In this document: in pieces, positions 50,173-61,214 of the stretch | Layout: the number at the start of each line of letters is the position of its first letter | Numbering within the stretch: the stretch's first letter is position 1 | Source: Azolla caroliniana | Lineage: Eukaryota > Plantae > Polypodiophyta | NCBI GenBank assembly: GCA_043228905.1 | Contig: JBHGNT010000015.1 | Coordinates: 13,516,001-13,580,000 of the forward strand | Direction: 5' to 3' | DNA: 64,000 nucleotides | Program-made: the position numbers and the translations under genes | The notes under the pieces: generated by a model | What the model was told of the DNA's origin: nothing | Databases searched by the model: none | The model's input: only the letters and a program-made list of their open reading frames with translations

Positions 50173-51864
50173 ATAGCGACGCTATTAAAAGGACTTACGG
50201 CATGCACATACTTCTAGACCAAGAACACACGGCACCACGATGGCTCACCAACCAATGAACCCTAGGCCACAAAAAGAAGGAAATAGAAGGTTTTCTGCAC
50301 AATAGAAAAAGCAACCTTCTAACTCTCAGCGCTCTCATCGCTCCCCTTCCTCACTTTCTTCTCCATCCCATCACAGAGCTCAATCCCACCGCAACCAACA
50401 GTCTTCACCCCCTAGCCACGAGCCTATTCTGACTATGCCGATATTCATCTCTACCACCTTGTGTCGATGGCTCGTGGAGAAACGCTTGGATGGGTACATC
50501 AGGGTCGCGGAGGCACCTCCACACCCTGATGCACTGGACATCGCCAGAAAGCTCAACATCGACACGGTCACCAACTCATCCATCCGGAAAAAGTTGGACG
50601 TGTCATCACTAGGTGAAAGGCATTTCGAAATCCCTCCTGCGGAGTCCCTACAGAGATATTTTGGTCCATATTCTTCATCTGCCAAGGCATATAGAACGAA
50701 GGAGATCCTAGATCCCTTTCTCCGCGAAATCGCCAAGTTCCTATTAGAGGTTGGATGCATACATGTAAACGCATATGGGATGCCCAAGCAGAAGGCAGGT
50801 ATCATCATTGATACCTTTGAAGGGCGTACGGTCGATTGGGGGGTCATCACGGGGCCGACGTTAAGGGAAGGCCTGCACGCGTATTAAGGAGGCAAAAAGC
50901 TCAGGCCTATCATACAACAGTACCTGACAATATTATTCCCACCCCGAGGCCTGCCGACATCGCAGCCCAGCAAGCCCACGCTGCCGCCTCGATCTGCGAA
51001 GCGAAGGTCAGCGGAGTTAGCCACCACAGAGTGGGAGGATGAACCCCAACCCACCCAGCCGAAAACACGAACAACGTAGGAAGAGTAGGTGCGCGCACCG
51101 AGGAAGCGGCACCGGAGCCAAAAGTTGAACCACGGTAGGAAAGCTTGAGGTCGAAAAGGCGGAGGCTGGACAAGAAAGATGGGCGAGGGTTAGTTAAACA
51201 TGCACTCATGGCTACGGAGACAATGACCGTGGGCGACAGCTCCGCAACTACGGAGCCCAACACCACCTTCGAAGTAATTCGGGAACCACGGACGATCATT
51301 ACAACCCAGTCACAGCGAGGGAAAGCCGTATTGACGGCAGAAAGCGAGGTCCTCGCGTATCAAGACATTCCAGACACGGTCCATGAATTCGGCGCACTAT
51401 TACAGTTCGGAACCTCTTTTGAACTCATGGAATTCTTGGCAACGCAACAGATAAAAGTCTCAAAGTGAATGGTCGAGGAGCACACGGAGCGCCAAATGAT
51501 CGAGCATGCATTAACACAAACGACAGAAAGCGACGATAACACCGGGTCATTTGAAACAGGTAATATGTCGCATTATGAGAACACTACGTCGAAAAAGGGC
51601 ACAAAAGCACGCAGTTTTCAAAAAGACACGACGCATGCGTAAAGCTTTTCAGAAAAGGTGGCAAAATATATTGAATTTCAACATGACTACCACTTTGAGT
51701 CATAAGTAAAATGCCTCCAAAAATACATCACCAAAATTACAAAATAATGTACAATATGTCTACCAGTTACAATTATACATATTCGTGAGTTTACATCCAA
51801 AACAAATTTACAAAGTTTCCGATCATGTAGTAAAACAATCCCCAGCTTGAACCAAACCAATATA

Positions 51865-54536
51865 TTAAGACATGTCTGATGGACTAGAAGAGCATTCTGA
51901 CGTCTCATCCTCATCATCAGTGGCAATCAAAGCATTATCCTCATCCAATTCCAACCCAACATCTTTGTGGTTATGAGAATTGCTTCTAGTTATTCTCTGT
52001 ATTTCGTTTGACACCATGTTTGGGATTTTCTCCTTTATTATCTTGATAGTTGCTTGTCTTAGATGACTTGATTTTGTCAATGAGAAGTCATATACTAGTA
52101 TGTCAACACGGTCTAGTGCGAGAGTAGCCGTGCTCGGTATATTCTTTCTTCTTCTCTTTCTGCTTGAACACCCGACATCCTTAACCATCTCTAAAGAATA
52201 CTTTCCTGTAAATGCATCAGTTGAATTTGTCTGATACTAATGGACTACTATTGACTTTGTCTGACTACTTTCTTCATCCCTTACTAGTTCAATAATGTTT
52301 GCAATCCAAAATGGATGGCCCAAGGTATCGTCCCCTGCTAATGTTGCAACCAACATTCCCACTTGTAGTTCTTGCAAATTACCTTGCCATCTTGCCTCAA
52401 CAGTACGTGACTTTCTTGGTCCCACATAAATATCTCTTTGCAGTGGCCGAACTAAATCATGAAGCTCCATATTATTCGATTGTTGGTGATGAGTCTGCGA
52501 TATCGTTGATGTCATCCCAATGTTCCATGTGAATGGGATACGGATTGGCCATAAACCGGCAATGTAATTATCTAAAATGGTGCGTTGATGGGTGAAGAAA
52601 ATCTCCCACCATTCAACATCCTCATCACCGGCATACTTCTTAGTCCGATCAATATTATTTTGTTTCTCTGCTAGACATCTCAACCAATATGCCCTTTGTT
52701 CATCAATAGTACTATTTGGTGCTACACTTTTACGATCATCATATGGCATTTGTTGTGCACCATGTAGAGGTTCATCTGGGATATGAAGAAGGAGCCTACA
52801 ACCTTCTTGGGGCTCCCATTGTGCACTAGATGAGTATTGTTTCGCAAACAACACCGTCATCTTCAGGTGGGCCGATCTTTGTTTTATGAGGAAGACATGG
52901 TTGAAACTTATATTATTAAGAGGTGCAAGCACCCTACCTTTAGTCCCGTCACTATCCATGCAGAAACGTTTAAAGTCGTATACTTCTTCCAAGTGTTGTA
53001 CTTCAGGCTTTGGTGTATATGCTTCACTAATCAATTTGGATAGCATGGGAAGTGTGAAAGCATTACAGCGAGCAAGTTTCTTTGAGAACCTACTGAACAT
53101 TTGATCTATGTGATCATGGGTATGACCAACCAACAAGAAGTTAACCTTTATCTTTTTAAATATGCCCCTCTCTACTAGCATGCTTAGATAGCCGAAGACA
53201 GTTGAGTTCTTATTCTCTCTTGCTGTGTTGTCTAATTGCACATATAGAACTGGCGGGAGTATACCTAACCATGATTGCAATACCCTGTGCATGACAGTGA
53301 CAGTAAGATTAGGGTCGTTGTGGATATTGGGATAAGTTAAGAACACTTGCGGTCTTATAGTTTGGCAGTATGTCAAACAACCCACTAGATGCATTTGCAC
53401 GAGACACTCATCTCCAATATCCTTGGGGAGTCTTTGAAAATGCGGCAAACAAGTTTTCTTTTGATCCATGCCGTCAATAATCATGCACATATACTTTTCG
53501 GGAGATTGAAACGCTTTTTGTCGGTGATGCATAGCCTAGTATGTTCCAATGCCTGACTTTCACGATGTTCTTTGAACAGGTTCTTGTAATTCTTGATCTC
53601 TACATCTGATTTTCCACCCTCGGCAATACTTTTTAAACTCGCACATATTGAGCAGACTCCCATTCGCACCTTTCGTGGGATAACCACGTTATTAAATTGT
53701 AACCTCCATAGTCGATTAAAATGCCTGTACTGTATGTAAGGCTCAACATCGGAAGACATGTCGTCCTTGTACGATTGGTAAACTTCCCTTCGAGTAAAGT
53801 TATCTGACAAATGAAGTCTTCCTGTCGTTAGCATAACTTCGCACTGTTTTGAAAAATATACCTCCATCCACCTAATTGCCTGTTGCCCACTTTGACCCTT
53901 ACATCCAGAACCATTTTGATCGAACTGTACCCAGAAGCCCTTCACAAGTCGCTCTTGAACTCGTTGCAGCCGCATATTTCCAATGCTATGAGTGATTTTA
54001 AAAGTTGCTCGACAACACTTGGTATATAGTCCAAGGAAATATTCAACTTGCGTTGAATTAGGCCCTGCTTTGTGATCCAATTTAAGTTGCATATGCGCAA
54101 GAAGAAATGTATCTTGCTCTTCCCCATTAAGCGACAAGTATTTTTGTCGTGTTTCACGTAACCTTGACTTTCCATAAGTTGATAGACAGAGATTCGCACA
54201 ACACGATTTGTTCAAGTCGCATAGAAGTTGATGATCAGAACATAAGAAATTAAATCTCTTTTCACTAACTTGTCGAGGAACTCTTTTAAATGCTAGAGGT
54301 TTAGTAATGCTATTGTTATCTATCGACGAAGAATCGTCCGCTTGTAAGCTTGCATGAAGAGGGCCATCAACAGGATCAATTGAAAACAGAGAATTCGAAG
54401 TACTAGGAGCCACACTTTTCTGTTTAAGCCGCGAATGTTTTTTGTGGTCGTACTCTTCTATTGAGAAATACGAGTTATCTGACAATGAAAAGTGGGCAAT
54501 AGAAAAAAGAGATGTTCTACTTGTAGAAGAAGACAT
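51865..54536 (-). pseudogene. Sola-like DDD transposase (DUF7869-like), one frameshift (~53540) and one TAG (52237)
   Basis: Cys-rich N-terminus (CCANLC, CCRATF, CSIC), then IIDGMDQKK, LYVQLDNTARENKN and FLLVGHTHDHIDQMFS. Superfamily is inferred from these motifs plus the 4-bp TSD. Confidence 0.75.
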
Positions 54537-54833
54537 TTGAGGGAGTCTAATTGTATTCTAAAACCTTCTTTTGAGAAAATTAAGGAATGCTGAAGCCTAA
54601 CTATATAACTACCCGAACACTTAGATTAACTATATTATTTTCCGAAATTTTCCTAAAATACAAATAATTAAAAATTATTTTTTATTTTAAAAAGAATGCT
54701 AAAGTCTTCTATATAAGGAGGTTAGAAATTTCATTTTCATTATCACGTGAAAGAATCCATCGAGCTCAGAGCACAGGCCAATTTTCGAGCACTCAGAAGC
54801 ACATCGTGGACAACACTACCTCCGGCACGAACC

Positions 54834-57800
54834 ATGAACAAGGGAAAGAAAATCGTCAGGTTAGTAATATTCATTACATTTTTTAAGATTCCTAAAGATT
54901 CCTTAAAGATTCCTTTCCTCAACACATAGAAATTTTATTTTATTTTGTACAATGAACTTGGAAAGCAATTCTGAAAGCCAGGACCTTCAACCAAAATCCG
55001 ATGCTGTGCATCGGATTTTGGTTGAAGATCCTGCCTTGCAACGCAAATCCGATGCAGTGCATCGGATTTCGGTTGAAAGTCCTGCCTTTCCTCAACACAT
55101 AGAAATTTTATTTTATTTTGTACAATGAACTTGGAAAGCAATTCTGAAAGCCAAGACCTTCAACCAAAATCCGATGCAGTGCATCGGATTTTGGTTGAAG
55201 TCAGGACCTTTCAACCAAAATCCGATGCACTGCATCAGATTTCAGTTGAAAAAAATGTTGTTTTTGCGATAAAAAACTATCGCATGGGACCATAAAATTG
55301 ACGTAATTTAAATGATAATTTACGTGATTTAGATGAAATTGTACGTTGTTTCTATGTTTTCACCAACGTTTTTAATTTTAGTGAACCCAGACAAAAAGTT
55401 CCTTCATTTAGATTGAAGATTCGATCTCCGACAAAACGAGATTCTGGCTCCTTCATGAAGGACACGAGTAAAAAGAATTTATTTGACTCAACGGGGGAAG
55501 GAGGATCCAAGTCATCTGTGGCTACTACCAAAATCAACAAAGGTAGTACGCAAGAGGAGAAAACGGTTGAGGTGAAATATAAGGATTACCCCGAACTTGA
55601 ATGGTGTCTCTCTTATGTCGAGGAGGATGGGGTGTTGTTATTGATAACGGCAAAATCGGACGGGGAAGGGAAACTTCAGCTTGGAAAAACATTTAATTAC
55701 GGGCATGTAACCAAGCTAGAGTACGAAGACATTGATTCTACATGTATTTTAATCGACATCTCGAGCTCAGTTGGCGACAGGCGATTGCAACTTGATGAGG
55801 GAAACCTAGTACCCGAATCTTGCAATCCCAAGGCTTTGCGTAAAGACCTGCAAACGAAAAATAACTTGTTGGTAGCTCTTCGGCCGTACGTGACAGGAGA
55901 GACGATGACCGGTGAAGCAGAAACTCCACCGAAAAAGTCTAGGAAGACAAATCCTGTTCAAAAGAAATATACTAAACGACCACGACCCGAAGAAGAAGAA
56001 GAAGAAATATTAGAGTTCGTGGAAGAAGAAGACGACCAACAAGTCGACGTCGTGGCTCCAGGAGGACAACTATCTTCTGGTGTCCTGACGTCAGAACAAA
56101 ATAAAATAAGAGAAAATATTGTGAAGACTAAACTTGTGCGTAGGGGCCAGCTATTTCATTTGCCCATTACTTCTATCCAAAGGCCCCCCATTGACCCCGT
56201 GACTGGAAGATGTCCCTTGGAAATTAGGGAGCCGCACTCCGTCCATGTCCAAAACCTGAAAAACAAAATGAAAATCAATCCTCACGCTACTGTGGTGCCA
56301 TTTTTGGTAATGGTTGATCAAGAACAATGCCCAACAGTAGCAGATTTCAAGTATAGCTTTGCAGACGATCACACATACTATGTAATCGGAGGATCACATT
56401 CGGCCGAAGCTCGACGACAGCTTGTCAAAGAATATCCTCTCACGCCGTTCTTCAAATACGTCGAATGTAAGGTATATGCAGGACTAACTCACGAGGAGGC
56501 GAAGCTGCTCGCATGGGACCATAACAATGACAACGATTATAGGCAAAAGATGTCATGTATAGAGAGGATAAGATTTTTTCATCATGAATACCTCGATGCC
56601 TTGAATCGTTTTGGTCCAAGATTGTGGCCTGGATTGCAACGTCAGTGTTTATTGGAAGTAGGGATTGCAGTGGATGAGAGTACGAAATCCGAAGGTCTCC
56701 GAAAATATGATTCTTGATTTCAACTAGCTTTTCGGACCGGAGAGGTGTGGGATCTCCAAGACAAAATATTCTCTATGTGGGAGCGGAAAGAAGTCAAGGG
56801 GCAAAGATCAAAAAAGGGAAGAATTGATCCACAAGTTGAGATGAAATCAAAGACCAAGGGAAAAAGCGACTTGGTAATCGAGGAGTTACCAGAGGACATG
56901 AAACTTTTACCTTGGAGATCATTACAAGGTATCAAAGATGATAGATTGTTAATATCCGTGCTATCTCGAGTGGTCGCCAAGGAATTTAGTTTGGACGAGA
57001 TGGTAACAGACTTGCAAAAGTAAGTGTTTATAGTATACCTTTTCATGAAAGTCTTCAATTATTTTGAATATCTTATTTCTAATTTCATATTGATTGTGCA
57101 GTCACAAGGTATACATGAAGATTCAAGAGTTGATGATGCAAAAACTGAGTTTACCGACATGGGAAGAAGTTGAAGAAGCCTGCCCGATAACTTCTTCCTA
57201 CAAGGCATTGGAGGAATATTTTATTGTATTTAGAGAATGGGTATGTGTCTTTTGAATGTTGATATGTTAGAAAGTAATGTTCCCTACTAACAACAATGAC
57301 ACTTGCAGAAACCATCAAAATCGAAAAAGAACAACGACAATAATGACGGTATTCCAGCGGCCTTCATCACGCACTTAGAACGTGCGAAATATGAGAAGAG
57401 AATGACCAAAGGGAAGGAAATGGAACTGCTCGAGGATTCGGAGACTGTAAAGAGTTTTTTGCATAGGTCTGATCCTTTCAAACAGCTTCATTATAGTGTT
57501 TTCAATGGCGAAGTATCCCAGATGCTCGAACTGTTACCGAGAAGGCACTACACTTTGCTGATAGCTGACATACCATATGGTTTCCGTATTGCGGGATCAA
57601 CATATGATGATGTGCCTTTCGAGTACCCTCAGATCGAGAAAATGGTAAAGGATTTCGCAGAACTGACATTGGCCCCCTTGTGGAGGATAGTCATATTTCA
57701 TAGCATGGGGCAATCACTGTCAGTCACAACAGCTTTGAAGTCTCGTTGTCATGCCACTGAACATATGCATTGGTGCGTTATAGTTCGCTTTTACTCATTA

Positions 57801-58591
57801 CAGTACTTCTTATTATATGTACACATTTACACCTCTAATACTTGATTTTCTTTCTCTATAGGATCAAAACAAATATTACACGTAGCCCTGGCGATCGAAT
57901 GGTTAGTGCGGTCGAACATTTTTGTGTGGGCTACTATGATTCAATTACAAAGAAGAAGGCTAGAGCACATGTCAATGAGCGTAACGTGGTTAACTACATC
58001 ATGTGCCCAGCTGTAACCAAAAAATTAAGACATGTGTCAGGGGATAAAAGTATGGTGAACCCTTATCAAAAACCTCAAAGATTGATCAACCGCCTCATAG
58101 AGCTCTTCTCGAATCCAGATGATTGGGTCCTAGACTTGTTCTCTGGCACAGGTATAATATATATATTTAATTTCAATCTTGTCTATCAAGTTTAAGACGT
58201 TACTTCTTATATATACTTGTTTGTGTTCATGCGACCATTAGGTACAACGACAGCTTGTGCATTGAAGATGTTTAGAAACTGTGTTGCATTGGAGAAGGAC
58301 CCTCCTCAAGTTAACTTCATCAAAATGAGGATCACAGGAATCTGGGACTGTCCAGATCAGGATCAAGAAGTCGGAGCAAAACACATCAACGAGACAGAGA
58401 TGTTCCAGATGACTTCACGAGAACCAATGGAACCAATTGATGAAGAAGCAAGGGAGCTGGTGGACCTGGAAGATGTAGCACAGTTTGACCATACCTCAGA
58501 TTCGGGAGAGCTTGGAGATGACACGAATGAAAACAGTCTAGAACAATCAGCGCCAGAGGAGCCTGCTCTGCCTGATTTGCTTATAGATTGA
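54834..58591 (+). pseudogene. Six-exon ParB/Srx-like domain plus beta-class N6A/N4C DNA methyltransferase (~958 aa), with one in-frame TGA at 56715
   Basis: Predicted exons 54834-54859, 55412-57019, 57102-57240, 57309-57772, 57862-58151, 58242-58591; all GT-AG and frame-preserving (2877 nt). Motifs: LPITSI...PFLVMV...YYVIGGSHSAEARRQL...LTHEEAKLLAWDHN (ParB-like); LLIADIPYG, HW|IKTN, PYQKPQRLINRLIELFSNPDDWVLDLFSGTG|TT...RNCVALEKD (MTase). Exon 1 is the least certain. Confidence 0.85.
54985..55250. repeat. Four palindromes with core AAATCCGATGCA-N-TGCATCGGATTT in predicted intron 1
   Basis: 54985-55027 (20-bp arms), 55045-55069, 55158-55200 (21-bp perfect arms) and 55210-55250; partly within a direct duplication (~54912-55027 vs ~55085-55200). 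Confidence 0.9.
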
Positions 58592-60435
58592 TGTAGATGG
58601 CGTAATGTAAAAATTGAGGATTTTGAGGCATAATGTTCACCATCACTTCATATTATATCTGTATATGAGAACATGTGTAATTGTTTATCGTTTAATTAAA
58701 TTCACCTGTTCATAATTTCCCTTTTTAATCATTATTGGAACCGTTGTTTGTATTTACATATAATTGGTCACCATGCTCTTCTTCAGTTTGAGATATTAAC
58801 ATGATATTGTAATTTCTCATTTCCATTAGCATGACTGTATATGAAAAGGCGAATGTTTTTGATAATAAGAGGTTTTTAGTTACCTACGGTTCAAGTCTAC
58901 TAGTTCCACATAGTATAAATGAATGTCGTACGTAATTGTTACTCTTACCAATTACATTGTCATGAACTATATGACATTATACAATGAAACTATCGATATA
59001 CCCGTCCAACATGTGGGGTACTACTTTATTCCTAAACCCAAAACCACATATTTATAATTACGGTTTATGTAGTTTTACTCTACAATTTGAATATGGATAC
59101 CAATTTTAGAACTTTATATTGAACCAAGTCTTCAATTGTGCTCCATGATATGCAAATTGACACGAATGTGGACACATATACAATTTAGTAATTGCTAGGT
59201 TTTTTTGTTCTATATTTAACCATCAAGTCGCAAAAGGGGTACGCATGCATCGTATATTTTCGATATCGGGCTAAAATAGGGTACTTTTCTACATCTGGCC
59301 AACTATGCCAAAAGAGAATACGACATATTACCTGTTTCAAATGACCCGGTGTTCGATGAGGATCAGTTAGCTAGAGTCGACAGACAGAGGAACGCCGGTA
59401 TACGCCGAATGGGAATGGAACTACCCCCATTAAACGCGGCCCTTGTCGAAGTTCATAGGGAACTAGCAAAGGTCAGTATGGGTGCCAAGGATATGGTGAT
59501 TAAAAATAAAAATGTCTGAAAAAAGGTTAAATTGACCCAAGCCGAGCTACAAAGAGCTAATGAACACATCACGGAGTTCGAAAATAACGTGACTACGGCG
59601 CAACAGGAAACTCCACCACCAACCAACGCCGTCGAAGCCCTAAGGGAAGAGATTGAGGCCCAGACCACCATTGCCTCAAAAGCAAAATGGGTTGTACAAC
59701 TAGTGGAATCAGAGATTGACCGCCTCCGCGCAGAACTTCGCCATTCCTCGGACAGAGAAAAGGACATCCGGGCCAACGGCCGAAAGGCAATGAAGACCCT
59801 TGAAGAGAAACTCGCAGCGGAGACAACATAGCACACTCGGACGAAAGAAGAAAACGCCCAATTACGGGAGGAAGCGAAAAAATCGGAAGCGGCAATCGTA
59901 GGACTCCGGGCCTTATTAGAGAAGAAGAAAGGATGGTTCGACAAGCAGCTGGTGGGAGAATAGGGGAGAAGGCATCAGCTCGAAATCCACCTGAACAATG
60001 AAATGGGAAAACTGGAAGAACTACATGCGAAGGAATCCCAGCTTTGGGTAGGAATAAGGAGCACATATGAGGAAGCGGCGGCAGTTAATTAGCAAGAAAT
60101 TACAAACCTCAAGAAATCTGTAGAAGAAGCACACAACCGTTGCCAAGCCATAACAAACAACGTGCGTATCCTTTTGCAAACAAATCGGGAGAGGTTTATA
60201 GCCAATTAAAAACGGCGCTAGACAAAGGATGGATAGCGTGGGTTGCACAAGCGGCGGAATTGCATACATATCGAGCGGACTGGGAGAACCGGAGGAAAGA
60301 TGGTCGAGGGTTCTATAAAGTCAATGAGAAGCATTGTGGTAGTACGCGAGGACCTAGTGCAAAACTATCGCACGCTAGCGGACCAACATTCCGAGGAGCT
60401 CGCGCAGCTACTAGATGACTGGCAACAGTCTGGAG

Positions 60436-61214
60436 CAAGGTTGTTAGGTACGTTAGGTACGGTACAAATACCATACATATTTAACGTATTAATACCCATA
60501 TAGTACCTCCCAATTTAAAAATATTTTAAATACATTTTCTTAATATGTTACATACTTATAAAATACGTAAAGTACGTAAAATACGTATTTTACGTAGAGT
60601 ACATTAAATACTTCTAGAATTTGAAAATTATTTACCTTTCTAAAAAATATCTATAATATTGTAAAAAATATCTATGTCTACACAATTTTGTGATGTACAA
60701 TATAGTTCTACATCCTAAAATGCATATAAGACATTTGAACATTTCACATCCTAAAATAGGTCCTGTAGTAATATGGATCTCGACATTCGCTTATTCTATA
60801 AATTAGTGTAAGTGTGTATCACGCTGTTCTACTTCAAATTGTAATTATTTACAATTATGCCTTCATAAATTGAGAAATCATCTATGATTATCACACTCAT
60901 GATAGGTTTCTCTTTTCTTCGTTTTCTTCTTCTTCTTCATCTTCTTCATCGTCGTGTCTTCTATTCTTCTTTCTTCCTTCCTTTGGCTTCTTTTTCACTA
61001 AAATATTGTTTTTCTTTTAGTTTTTGTTAGGGTTTTACTTACATTTTCTTTATAAATACGTATTATACCTGTTTTTTTATAAATACGTTAAATACCGTAT
61101 TGGACAAATGTACATGATATTTGACTGAACAACATTGAGGTATAGTACGTACTATACAAATGATGAGGTACTATACGTATTTAAATGTTAAATACGAGTA
61201 CGTAAACAACCATG
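60436..61214. mobile_element. hAT-type non-autonomous element in the Gypsy extra ORF
   Basis: Termini CAAGGTTGTT / AACAACCATG; 8-bp flanks GTCTGGAG / GTCAGGAG (7/8); AT-rich interior with TACGT repeats. Confidence 0.8.

Larger units (their letters stand above)
51538..59353. mobile_element. TIR DNA transposon (Sola-like) carrying a transposase and a ParB-like/DNA amino-methyltransferase gene
   Basis: Perfect 33-bp TIRs AACACCGGGTCATTTGAAACAGGTAATATGTCG (51538-51570; reverse complement at 59321-59353); 4-bp TSD CGAT (51534-51537, 59354-59357); removing it restores the host frame (TESDD|EDQLARVD). Confidence 0.93.

Noticed and set aside
51538-59353. Bacterial or phage contamination, or a restriction-modification system, as the source of the MTase
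   Set aside because: The gene has frame-preserving GT-AG introns, sits between TIRs with a TSD inside a plant retroelement, has a second copy in the window, and no restriction endonuclease is evident.
9523-59353. One giant 50-kb element bounded by the TIRs at 9523 and 59353
   Set aside because: Flanks differ (GGTT vs CGAT), both are MTase-side ends, and 59353 already pairs with 51538 through a perfect TSD.
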